DNA of 64,000 bases from Leucoraja erinacea (lineage: Eukaryota). Below, piece by piece: positions 12,201-24,457 of the stretch. A program made the translations under genes and the position numbers. Location of the stretch: assembly GCF_028641065.1 (NCBI RefSeq), contig NC_073384.1, positions 20,460,001 through 20,524,000 of the forward strand. The letters run 5' to 3'. The notes below the pieces were generated by a model. That model had not been told where the DNA came from and ran no database searches. It saw nothing but the letters and a program-made list of their open reading frames with translations. Each line of letters opens with the position of its first letter. The first letter of the stretch is position 1.

Positions 12201-12869
12201 CTTTCACTTTGACTGTGTCCTCTACCCATCGTCACTTCCCCTTGTGCCTTTACTACTGTTCTGGTGCACGGATCTCGGTAAAGACGTTGCTCTGCTTCCT
12301 GGGCAAAAGCTCATGATTCAGAATGTGTGAGGCCTCTCATGGCTCGTGGTTCTGCGAAGATGCAGATACCGTGAATTCCTTTTATGAAGACCAAAATTAC
12401 TAGGGAGTCAGGAAAAGGGAAGAAAGAGTCATGTCGTCATGCATCATTTGGCCGATCGTCTATGTTCATCCCATCTTCTAGAACTTGACACACAGCCTTC
12501 AACACTCAGGCATTTCAAGTGGTCGTCTAGTCACTTCTTAAATGCTACCAGCGGCTCTGCTCCCATCACTCTCTCCAGAGTGCTTTCCAGCTACTCGCTG
12601 CTCTCCGGATGAAAAGGTCCCCACAAAATCTCTAAAATCCACGTCCTCAACCTCAGGCATTTCAAGTGTTATCTTCCTTCGATATGAGCTCTGATAGGCT
12701 TTTACTCTTCCGGATGAAAAGGTCCCCACAAAATCTCTAAAATCCACGTCCTCTCGTTTTATCTTCCTCCGATATGAGGATAGGTTTCCTGCTCCTCACT
12801 CCCAGGTAATGTCCTGGAGAATCTCCCCTGCCAGCTCTACAGAACTAGCACATCCTTGCTATAGCCCCA

Positions 12870-13545
12870 GTCACACAGAATGGATACAGGCCCTTCGTCC
12901 CAACTTGCCTATGCTGACCAAGATGCCTCATCTACCATAATCCCACCTGTTGCGTTTGTCCCATATCCCCCTAAACCTTTCTTGTCCATGTACCCACACA
13001 AATGACTGTTAAATGTTGCCTCAACTAACTTCAATGTACCCACTACCCTCTGTGTGAAAATGGTGCCCCTCAGGTTCCTATTAAACCTTGCCCATCTCAC
13101 GTTAAATCTTAAACCTCTGGTTCTTGATTCCCCTACTCTGGGTAAAAGACTCTGTGCATTTACCTTATCTATTCCCCTCAAGATCTTATACATACACAGT
13201 GTGATGACCTGAATTGCACACAGTACTCTAGCAATGTTTTGTAAAGTTGGAGCCTAAAGGACTTAAGTGGGACTGGCCCCGCGCGGCCATATGGTGCCCG
13301 TATGCCTCTAGCGACCACGAGGTCGCGTAATTTGCGAGCCAAGGACACGTAAGTGGGACAGACCCTTAACACCCCTTCTCTTGTATTCAGTGCCCTGACT
13401 AATGACGGTCAATATTCCATATGTCTTATCAACCACATATGTCTTATTGACCACATTATGTACCTGCTCTGCCATCATCAAGGATTCATGGACTTGTACT
13501 CCAAGATCCCTCTGTTGCTCAATACTTATTAAGATGCTACCATAT
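12870..13545 (-). mobile_element. CR1-like LINE 3' fragments
   Basis: ORF 12909-13193 reads YKILRGIDKV...GESRTRG...FTQRVV, a typical CR1 ORF2 C-terminus. Confidence 0.75.
13258..13366. mobile_element. Internally deleted Harbinger MITE
   Basis: Right TIR aagtgggacagaccct; TAA on both sides (13255-13257, 13367-13369); left TIR partly deleted. Confidence 0.65.
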
Positions 13546-14100
13546 ATGATATGTGCCCGAAAAGGAAACAGCCAGGACTATTCAAGACACCATAGTATTG
13601 TGTGGCACACTTTGAATAATTCTCTTACAGATGTACAATGAAATCTTTTCAATCCCCATTAGAGAGTAGACGGTGGCTTCATTTTGTCATCTATCTTATA
13701 CTAAATGGAAAGTTAATCGTGTCTAGGAAAGAACTGCAGATGCTGGTTTAAATCGAAGGTAGACACAAAATGCTGGAGTACTGTAATTCAGCGGGACAAG
13801 CAGCATCTCTGGAGAGAAGGAATCGATGACGATTCGGGTTGAGACCCTTCTTCAGCACCCATTTAATGTGGAAGAATTTCTTCTCCCAGAAAATGGTGAA
13901 TCTTTGGAACTTTAGAGGGCTGTGAAGTCAAAACCATCAGCTACATTTAAAGACTGGGGAGGCAGATATTTGGTCTATAATGAGAGTCAAGTAGCATGGG
14001 TTACAGGCAGAAAAATTGAGCTGAGGACAAGATCAGCTCAGTCAAGGTCCTATTGAATGTCAGAGCAAGCTAGAGGGGCTGAATGGCCACTTTATTCTTA

Positions 14101-14372
14101 TTTAGTTTAGTTTAGTTTAGAGCTACAGCGCAGAAACATGCCCTTGTGCCCACCGAGTCCATGCCGACCAGCAATCCCCACACACTAACCCAATTTATAA
14201 TTTTATCAAGCCAATTAATCTACAAGTCCGTACGTCTTTAGAGTGTGGGAGGAAACCGGAATACCCGGAAGAAACCCACGCATGTCACGGGGAGCACGTA
14301 CAAACTCCGTACAAACAGCGCCTGTAGTCAGGATTGAACCCGGGTCCCTGGCACTGTAAGGCTGCAACTCTA
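14101..14372 (-). mobile_element. HE1-like V-SINE
   Basis: (tttag)n tail and SINE body on the minus strand. Confidence 0.8.
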
Positions 14373-15692
14373 CTTTCAAGTAATTACTCTCGATGCTGAG
14401 CTCAGTTCTCATGAGTGGAGGGAACGACACCTTCTGACTCAGAGCTGATGGTCTGCCCACTTAGCTGATGGCCCACAGGGGGGACTGCCCCAGTGGGTGA
14501 TTCAGGAGAAAGTTTCCATCTCTGTGGTCAGACCAGTGCATTGTGCAATCCACACTCCCCAGGAGGGACAGAGTCAGGTTCGAGCCTGTGTTCTTGGCCC
14601 TGTGTCCTTCACGCTGCTTGAGGCTGCTTGTGGATGGAAGCAGCCAGGATTGAGTCTTTGTGGCTTGCAAACTACTTTACTCTGCTGCACTGAGTCTAAT
14701 TAGTTACCACTTTTCTGATGCTGACTGATAGCGATAGAGCAACACAATTGTCCATTTCCATATGAAACACTCGGAGACCACAGGTCCAAACAAAGGCAGT
14801 CTTCCATTTCTGCTGAATCTCTTGTGGCTTTGAATTGTAATTCAATGTACAATTGTAATTGGAATTGTAATTTAAATTGTGATGTTAGTGTAATAGGAAA
14901 TCAGTTGTAAATTCAGCACCAGAGTCAGCTCACAAGAATAGCAGCATAAGAGTGGGGAATGATGTTTCAGATGCTTTACTTGTCATTTTGGAGATGTGCT
15001 AATGTTTAATACTCTGATTAATTTGCAGAGTATAATGACAAATACCCTGCGATATATTGCACTCTTAGGATATCCAAAAATGTCTCGCAATAGAATAATG
15101 ATCTTTTGATACCAAGCCACATATTAAAATAGAAAATCAAAGCAGGTACTTTGAAAGGAATCGTAAAGAAGAGGTAAAATGGTAAGGTGCACAAGAGATG
15201 AGGAGACTCCAGAGTCACAAAAATCACTCCACATTATATATTGAACCATGTCGGGGTTAATGGCGTGAATGCAAAAAATAATCATGGATTCAGGGGCAGA
15301 ATTCTCAAGGCATCGACAAAGAACGCATGAGTTCCCTGAGAAAAAACCCATTTACGTGGTGAGCGAATGTGATATGGAATGCTCTACCAGAAAGTGTTGT
15401 AAATGCAGATTCACTTGGGCTTCTGACAGGATTTTGTTTGAAGGGAATATTTTGCAGTGCAATGGGACGGATTGCATTGATGTACTGGGTGCTAGTGCCG
15501 ACTCGTTAAATGAACCTTGTACTATGACTATTATGTGATTCTAGCTGACCATAAAAGTGACTGGATTAATGTAGGTCTAATATGACTGTGGTGCAAATTG
15601 TCCAGAGTGCAAATAGTCCTTGATTATGTTGTCTGATTTTCCTGAAGTAACGTGGTGTATAATCAGTCAATGGAGGAGTGAGGGGGGGGGTT

Positions 15693-15955
15693 CTGCCTTA
15701 CGGTGCCAGGTTCGATCCTGATTACGGGTGCTGTCTGTACGGAGTTCGGACATTCTACCTGTGGCCGCGCGGGTTTTCTCCGGGTGCACTGGTTTCTGCA
15801 TGCACTCGAAAGATGTCCAGATTTGTTGGTTAATTGGCTTGGGCAAAATTGCAAATTGTTCCTAGCGTGCAGGATAGTGCTAGTGTATGGGATATCTGGT
15901 CAGCACGGACTCGGTGGGCTGCAGAGCCTGTTTCCATGCTGTTTCTCTAACTAAA
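15693..15955 (+). mobile_element. HE1-like V-SINE (5'-truncated)
   Basis: ggttcgatcctgattacgggtgctgtctgtacggag... Confidence 0.8.
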
Positions 15956-16224
15956 CAAAACAAATTTACACTGAGGTACTAGAAGTTCCCAACCATCTCC
16001 TTTACAGCACTACTGATGCAGACACACTTCCTGAAAATGCTGACTAGCTCCTTCATCTTGCTGATACTGAGGGAGAGGTTGTTGGCTTGATACCATGCAA
16101 CAAAGCTCTGCATCTCCTTCCCATACAAGTAAAGTCGTCGAGTTTATTGTCATTTGCACACGTAAAGTGAGGTGAAGGTACAATGGAAATCTTGACTACA
16201 GCAGCATCACAGGCCCATAGGTCT

Positions 16225-16560
16225 ATAAGGTATAGGAGTAGAATTAGGCCCATCAAGTCTGCTCTGCCATTCAATCCTGCTGATCTATCTCTCTCTCCTA
16301 ACCCCATTCTCCTGTCTTCTCCCTATAACCCCTGACACCCGTACTCATCAAGAATCTATCTATTTCTGCCTTAAAAATATCTACTGACTTGACCTCCACA
16401 GACTTCTGTGGCAAAGAATTCCACAGATTCACCACCCTCTGACTAAATCAAGTTGTCCTTATCTCCTGCCAAAAAGAACGTCCTTTAATTCTGAGGCTAT
16501 GACCTCTTGTCCTAGACTCCCCTACTAGTGGAAACATCCTCTCCAATTCCACTCTATCCC
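16225..16560 (-). mobile_element. CR1/HER1 3' fragment
   Basis: ggagtagaattaggcc...gaattccacagattcaccaccctctg...gactcccctactagtggaaacatcc. Confidence 0.75.
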
Positions 16561-16750
16561 CAGATAATGTGGTGGTGAGCCACCTTCCTGAAGCTCTGCA
16601 GTCTTCCTTGTGAAGGTGCTTCCATCGTCCTGTAAAATTGTTGGAGGTGCACTTGACCAGGCAAGTGGAGAATGTTTCATCACACCCTTGATGAGGAATT
16701 TAGAGGGTAGAAAGGCCTCGGGATGTCAAACACTGTTGGATACCCAGATT

Positions 16751-16791
<41 letters not shown>

Positions 16792-16904
16792 ATCACCAAT
16801 CTTTTGCACATCCCCAATCCTTTCCACTCGTCACTTTAAGTTCATGTTTCGTGATCTATCCCTCTAATCCCATTTTCCTACCTTCTCCCCATAATCTCTG
16901 ACAC

Positions 16905-17202
16905 CGCGGTGGTGCAGTGGTAGAGTTGCTGCCTTACAGTGCTTGCAGCGCCAGAGACCCGGTTCGATCCTGACTACGGGTGCTGTCTGTGTGGAGTTTG
17001 TACATTCTCCCCGTGACCGCATGGGTTTTCTCCGAGATCTTCTCACACACCAAAGACGTACAGGTAGGTTAATTGACTTGGTGTGTGTTAAAATTGTTCC
17101 TAGTGTGTGTAGGATAGTGTTAATGTGCGGGGATCGCTGGTCGGTGCGTACTCGGTGGGCCGAAGGGCCTGTTTCCGCGCTGTATCTCTCAACTAAACTA
17201 AA
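16905..17202 (+). mobile_element. HE1-like V-SINE
   Basis: Full head-to-tail copy. Confidence 0.85.
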
Positions 17203-18149
17203 CCTGTACTAATCAAGATGTCAGGTGCAAAGCTGAAATAAATGACAAATTTATCATAAATTGTTGAAATCATCACTAATTCCAGAGGGCTTAGTCAGTG
17301 GATGAGGTGCTGTCCCTCAAACTTACAATGGGCTTTGGTGGAACAGTGTGGGAGGTCAAAGACAGTAGGCAGAGTGGGATTAGAATAGAGAACTATAGCG
17401 ACAAACAATTGGAACTGGGGTCAACCTTGTGGACTAAAGACAGAAATGCTCCAGAAAGGGGTTATCCAATCCGTAGCATTTGTTTTGTAAGTTAAGTAAG
17501 ATGCAGAAAATGCTGAAATATTCACCAGGTCAGGCAGTTTCTGTGAAATTAGAAAATGAGTTAATGTTTCAGGTCAGAGAATCATTCTTCAGAATTAAAA
17601 TGGGTTAATTTGCACCTTGTGGCGGAGGTGAGGTGAGTGAGGTGCCAGCCTCCCAACAGATGCATTGCGAGGTTGTATTCCTCCCCATTGGAGAAAACCC
17701 CTGAGGATGAGTAAGGTGCTGCCTAGATGTAGCTCCAAAGCACTGTGCCCTGTTATAGTGGGACTGGAGGCCATCCTCATGCAGAACTCTGGAGAGGATG
17801 TGAGCGCAGGGTTTGGTTAAGAGAGACTGGAGTCAAGAGTGTTTAATTGTCAAATGCAGAACAGAACAAGGCAATTCTTACTTGCTGCATCTTTACAGGC
17901 ATGTTAAAGATCAATACAACACATAAATATACAATAATCAACAATACAATAAATTATCGGTAATAAGACAGTATTATGCAAACCAAGTGCATAGTGCAAC
18001 CTAAACAAAGTCTATAGTAGATCGTTGCTGAGCTAAGGTTGTGGTTGGTGTTGTGCAGGGTGGTACAGGAGCCTGATGGTTGATCGGAAGGTGCTCTTGA
18101 ACTGGATGTAATGGTTCTCAGGCTCCTGCACCTTCCCGATGGTAGCAGC

Positions 18150-19190
18150 GAGTTTGCAGCTAGAATGGACAAGGGAGAGCCATGGATGTGATGTACCTGG
18201 ACTTTCAAAAAGCCTTTGACAAGGTCCCACACAAGAGATTAGTGTGCAAATTTAGAGCACAGGGCATTGACATGGATAGATAACTGGTTGGAAGACAAGG
18301 AGCAAAGAGTAGGAATTAACGTGACCTTTTCAGAATGGCAGGCAGTGACTAGTGGGGTGCCGCAAGGCTCGATGCTGGGACCCCAGTTATTTACAATATA
18401 AACGATTTAGACGAGGGAGTTAAATGTGACATCTCCAAGTTTGCGGATGACACTAAACTGGGTGGCAGTGTGAGCTGTGATGAGGATGCTATGAGGCTAC
18501 AAGGTGACTTGGATAGGTTGGGTGAGTGGGCAGATGCATGGCAGATGCAGTATAATGCGGATAAATGTGAGGTTGTCCACTTTGGTGGCAAGATCAGGAA
18601 GGCAGATTATTATCTAAATGGTGTCAGATTAGGAAAAGGGGAGGTGCAACGCGACCTGGTGTGCTTGTACATCAGTCACTGAAAGTAAGCATGCAGGTGC
18701 AGCAGGCGGAGAAGAAATCTAATGGCATGTTAGCCTTTATTGCAAGAGGATTTGAGTTTAGGAGCAACAAGGTCCTACTGCAGTTGTACAGTGCCCCGGT
18801 GAGACCACGCCTGGAGTATTGTGTGCAATTCTGGTCTCCTAATTTGAGGAAGGACATCATTGCTATTGAGGAAAAATGTTCCCAATATTGGGAGATTCCA
18901 GAACCAGAGGTCACAGTTTTAGAATAAGAGTTAGGCCATTTAGGACTGAGATGAGGAAAAGCTTCTTCACCCAGAGAGTTGTGAATCTGTGGAATTCTTT
19001 GCCACACAAGGTAGTGGTGGACAATTCACTGGATGTTTTCAAGAGAAGGGTAATTTAGCTCTAAGGGCTAAAGGAATCAAGGGATATGGGGGAAAAAGCA
19101 GGGTACTGGCTTAAGACGATCAGCCATGATCATATTGAATGGCGGTGTTGGCTCGAAGGGCCAAATGGCACCTTTTTTTAATGTTTCTAT
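18150..19190 (+). mobile_element. CR1/HER1 LINE ORF2 (RT) fragment, frameshifted and internally deleted
   Basis: Translates to YLDFQKAFDKVPH, SGVPQGSMLGP, SKFADDTKL, LQGDLDRL and RPRLEYCVQFWSP; deletion near 18870. Confidence 0.9.
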
Positions 19191-19600
19191 GTTATGTAGG
19201 TCTTTGGTGATATTAGCTGCCTTCTTTGATGCAGCACCTACTGTAATTGTTAAGGGCTTGGACACACTAGAGGCAGGAAACATGTTCCCGATGTTGGGGG
19301 AGGCCAGAACCAGGGGCCACAGTTTAAGAATAAGGAGTAAGCCATTTAGAACGTAGACGAGGAAACACTTTTTCTCACAGAGAGTGGAATTCTCTGCCTC
19401 AGAGGGCGGTGGAGGCAGGTTCCCTGGATGCTTTCTACAACTCCATAACAGAGCTGTTGTAACAATCAGGAAAGATTGACAAATCGAGTAGATGTGGCTC
19501 TTTCTTCTCATAAATGGAGAGGGAAGCTTGGCATATGTCTTTGTAAAGGATTTATTACTAGTGGGTGTAATGAGAAGGCAGTCAGTGGATAAATATGCTT

Positions 19601-19914
19601 GGTTTAGTTTAATTTAGAGATACAGCGCGGAAACAGGCCCTTCGTCACACCGAGTCTGCGCCGACCAGTGTTCCCCGCACATTAACATTATTCTACACAC
19701 ACTCGGGACAATTTACACATGCACATAGCCAATTAACCTACACACCTGTACGTCTTTGGAGTCTGGGAGGAAACTGAAGATCTCGGAGAAAACCCACGTG
19801 GGCACGGGAAGAGCATACAAACTCTGTACAGAGAGCACCTGTAGTCGGGATAGAACCCAGGTCTCCGGCGCTGCAAGCGCTGTAAGGCAGCAACTCTACC
19901 GCTGCGCTACCGTG
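19601..19914 (-). mobile_element. HE1-like V-SINE
   Basis: Full copy on the minus strand. Confidence 0.85.
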
Positions 19915-20334
19915 TCATGGATATTTCTGAAGAAGTGTCCATTTCAAGAGGGATTGTGGGTCCAGGAAACCTGTTCCCACATTTTCAGTGTAGTTTGGCT
20001 GAAGCCATATCGAAGATTATGGATGTATCGCGGGTAAATTGGATCAGTGATGGGCAAAAATGGACAACGTGGACATGCTGGGCTGAAGGGTCCATTTCTG
20101 TGCTCTACAACTTTATGGTGTTGAGGACAGGTTTTTTCTCTCTCTGAAAGGTAATGAAGCAAATTTACTTTTCAATCATAATCCAATCATTTTCTGGTAA
20201 CCATTACTGATATTAGCAGTTTATTTCATTTGTTCAATTCCTTGATCATCAATTGTCCCCTGCCACAGTAGAATTTGAACTCCAGTCTCCCGAGACGAGT
20301 CTGGTAATTTAGATCCTGTGACAGTACATCCGCA

Positions 20335-20830
20335 ATGCTTTCTTCAAATACCACTCAACAACCACCTTCTCCCTGTCTTGCCCTCCATTTCCCCCCTCCA
20401 TACTTCCCCTACCCTCTTCAACCTTTCACCCCCTCTCTTTTTCGCCCACCCCTCACTCTCACCATCGCTTCCTCCCTCTTCACCCTCCCCACATTCACAC
20501 TTTCGCCAGACTCCCCTGTCTCTCTCTCCCTCTTCACCCCTCTCCCTCATACACTCCCCTTCACTCGAACTTCACACCCAGTCTGCCTCACCCCCCTCCC
20601 CCTCCCTGCCTCACTCAGCCCCCCACCTTTTTATGTCCTCTTTGCCTCCACCGGCCTCTTCTCCGCTCCATCTTTCCGCTCTTCACCCACTCCCCCATCT
20701 TTCCTCCCTTCACCACACTCTCCACTACCCTCTCTCTTCATTTCCTCCTCTTTCTCCTCCTCTGTTCTTCCTCCCCCTCTCCTCCCCACTGCTGCAGCCC
20801 CCCTCCCCAAGGGATGAGGAGTCCTCCCCT
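20335..20830. repeat. CT-rich low-complexity polypyrimidine tract
   Basis: About 500 bp almost devoid of G on the plus strand. Confidence 0.9.
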
Positions 20831-22388
20831 GGCCCCCCTCAGCTGAAGTGTGATGAGAGAGCAGCTTCTGTAATCTTGCGCCCATTCACTGTGTGTTTGC
20901 AGCAGCCTGGAGTTAGTCGCAGTGTGGGTCCACGACAGACACCTGCTCCTCTTGTCACTTCAGTAAATAAACCAGCCCCTTGCCCTCCGCTTTCCTGTCA
21001 CCCTGCTGCTGTGCACCGGGAGTTTCTGATACAGATGTGTCCCGGCAGCTGTGTTGTGATGTGAGTATTACGCCCCTTCTGCAGTTCATTCAAAAAGTCG
21101 CTATCCATGGGTAGAAAGACCCTTAATTTATTTATTTTCCTATATCTCTTTATTCCTCTCCATTCTTTGCCCCTTCTCTATTTTCCCCCACAGTGACCAT
21201 ACTTCAAAAGTATTTCATGAGCTTGGACATGCTGATGCCTTGAATGTTGCTATTTCAATGCAAACCTTTATCGTCTCTCCCTCCACATTCTCTGTTCCTA
21301 TGGTACTTTCTGCTTGGCAGCCAATGCTGGCCGCTGTATTTTCTAAAATTAGGAAAGATATAGATCAGGTAGATAGCCAGAGTCTAGTTCCCGTGGTAGA
21401 GGAGTTTAAAATTAGAGAGCATGTCAGGTCAAGTCAACCCGAATCTAGTTTATCATCATATGCACAGGTACGGTGAAATGTAATGACAATCTTGCTTGCA
21501 GCAACACCACTTGCAGACTAATGCACAAAAACATAAAATAAACATAAATTATACATTAATTATACATGAACTCTGCAAAGCAGAAATAAACGACTCCAAA
21601 AAACAAGACACCAGTGCAAAGAGCAATTAGAAAAAAAACACATGCCTATTGGTTGTGCAATAGGTGGTAATTCCTCTCCACTGTAGCCTCTTGTGTTCCC
21701 GTGTGTTGGAATTGCTGGACCAGGCCATGATTCAAGCAGTCAAGATACTTTCCACAGTTCATCTGTAGAAGTCCTTTATGAAGGTGAACTCTTGGAAAGC
21801 ATCCGGCCTCCATGGTGTACATGACAACGTTCTTCAGACCTGCACCAATCAACTGGCTAGAGATTTTACGGACCGCATCAACCTCTAATTACTAAGGTCT
21901 GAGGTTTCCAACTGGTTCAAAGGGACATCAATAATAGTAGTGCCCAAGAAGAATGTGACATGCCTAAATGACTACCAACCAGTGGCACTGACGTCCACGA
22001 TGATGAAGTGATTTGAGAGGTATGTTATAATGTTTATCAACTCCTGCCGTGCTACTGACCTGGGCACACAACAACATGCCTAGCCCCACAATAGATCAAC
22101 GGCAAATATGATCTCACTGGCTCTCCATTCTGCAGTGTATCTCTTGGACAATTAGAGCATACGTATACATCAGTTAATTGACCACATTTTGGCATTCAAC
22201 ACCATTGTACCCTCCAAACTTATCATCAAACACAGAGAACTGGGATTCAGCTTATCCATGTGCAATTGGATTCTTGACTTCCTCATTGCCAGACCATAAT
22301 CAATACGAATTAGCACAGTGCATCCTCATTGATGACCATCATCACAGAAGCACTTCAAGGCTATGCACTGATTCCCCTGCTCTGCAAA

Positions 22389-24220
22389 TAGCAATGTTAC
22401 AAAATTTTGAGATTTTAAAAATCAAGTCTGCAATTTATCCCATCAGATAAAGCATAAAAAGAAGTTTGATTTGACACCTAATTCACTTTCATATCTTCAG
22501 TATTAAAAATGTTATGGCCATTTTCATACTCGGAAATTAGCATCTTGTTCCCTATTGCTTTTCCATTGACTTAACACAGCTGTGATCGAGGACAGTCAAA
22601 AGCCCATAACTTTCTTAAAAATTAAGCGAACTGAATGAAATTTTCAGTTATTGTAGATTAAAGCATTCTGAAACAAATATGAAACAATCTTACTTGGATG
22701 ACCTGAAATGAAAGCATATAATTAGTTAGTTACCAAATTGAGTCTCGTATGTATGTAGTTTTAATTTTTTTTTTTTTACACACAAACTGGGTATGTGTGT
22801 GGGGGGGGGGGGGGGGGGGGGGTGGGGGAAACTTTTTAAAATCTTTCCCCTGCACGGAGAACCCGCCCTTTTCTCTGTTGGGTCTCCGTTGTCGTTGGGC
22901 CGAGCACCGTGGAGCGGCCTCCAACCGGAACGCCCTGGGGCACCAGTCGCGGAGCTGCGGACTTACCCACCATCGTGGAGCTGGCCGAGTTCAGAGCAGG
23001 AGGAGCAGTGGTAGCGCGCTGCTGCGGCCCGACCCAGGAGATTCGGAGGCACCAGCCGCCGATGGTGACACCGGGAGCCCACAGGTCCCTGCTGGGAGAC
23101 CGCTTTTCCGGGCTTCCGCAACGGCGACTTCTCCCGCCCGAGTTACGGGGTTGAGGATAACCTGGAGCGGGGCCTTACATCACCCGGCACGGCTTTAAAT
23201 GGCTGCGGGATTTGTTAGGGCACGCCGGGGGCTCCAACAGGAAGACATGGAGTGCGGCCTTGCATCATCCGGCGTGGCTTTATAATTGCCGCGGGACAAT
23301 TACCATCGCCCGCCGGGGGCTTTGACTCTGACATCGGGAGGAGAACGAGGAGTGCAGGGGAGAGATAAGACTTTGCCTTCCATCACAGTGAGGAGGAGAT
23401 TCACTGTGATGGATGTTCGTGTAAATTGTGTTGTGTCTTGGTTCTTCTTCTTGTTTGTATGACTGCAGAAACCAAATTTCGTTTGAACCTCTGGGTTCAA
23501 ATGACAACAAATAAATTGTAATTGTAATTTTTAAAATTGTAGCTAATTACAAAATTCAATTACTAGATCTAAACATCTATCCATTTCTTAAGAAAAGGTT
23601 AACATTTTTAAATAGCCTAAGTGACCAAATAATATTCACACAATAATTCACAATATAACATGATTTTTAAATCTAATTGTCATGAATTTATAGGCGTAAT
23701 GGAAGGAATTTAATGATTAATTCCCATAAATTAATGGGCATTTAAATCATCTTGCGATTGGGTTTTTGTGGAACGCGATTGATTGGAACGTTGCGATTGC
23801 GGTGAATTTGAACCCCATATCAGCAGGAACAACACTGCCGTTTCGTATGGGGCCATAATCACATTTCGGCCAAGGAAATTTTGATTAAAGTCATCCTAAG
23901 AAGCAAGTTTATATGTAAAATACACGACTTACCCCGTATTTTGTTCCCTACGTGAGATCCGCCCCATTGTAGGCGTTGAGGGCTTTAGAAGTTACTTTTT
24001 TATTTTACTCCAGCGATTAAATTGTCCCACGATTTTTTTTTTAAACTTCCGAGAACGGAAGTCGGAATGATTTTACTGCATCAGCTGGCAGGCCGAGTAA
24101 ATCCCTGGGACAGGCAGGAGAAAATGGTATTTTAATCCCCCCCTCAAAGGCGCCAAAGTCGCACACACGGCCAGTGGCAGAACTGCAGCGCTGCTGAAGG
24201 TAAGTTTTGTAACATTGCTA
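22389..24220. mobile_element. Non-autonomous TIR DNA transposon (ISL2EU/Spy-like insertion signature)
   Basis: Perfect 16-bp TIRs TAGCAATGTTACAAAA (22389-22404) / TTTTGTAACATTGCTA (24205-24220) at the exact break in the host LINE. Confidence 0.8.
22741..23533 (+). mobile_element. GC-rich non-autonomous retroposon with a Rex1/Babar-type 3' tail, nested in the DNA transposon
   Basis: CpG-rich body; tail aatttcgttt...tgacaacaaataa(attgta)n; aaattg on both sides (22735-22740, 23534-23539). Confidence 0.6.
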
Positions 24221-24457
24221 TTCTATACCCATGAAAGTACAGCCAGACACAGATCCACTGCATCTTTAAATTCACTGATGATACCACCATTGTTGGTCGA
24301 ATAAAGGGTAATGATGAATCAGAGTACAAGAGGGAGATTGAAAATCTGATTGTATAGGAAGGAATTGCAGATGCTGGTTTAAACCAAAGATAAACACCAA
24401 AACCTGGATAAATTCAGCGGGTCAGGCAGCCTCTCTGAAGAAAAGGAATAGGCGATA

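Noticed and set aside
16754-16790. Poly-proline or poly-glycine coding from poly-C/G runs (also 22801, 41543, 61907)
   Set aside because: Homopolymers of uncertain length, several within retroelement UTRs.
20318-21064. 248-aa S/P/L-rich ORF
   Set aside because: Artefact of the CT-rich tract, which lacks stop codons.
22749-23198. 149-aa GC-rich ORF as a transposase
   Set aside because: No DDE or DNA-binding motifs; it lies in the nested retroposon and crosses a poly-G run.
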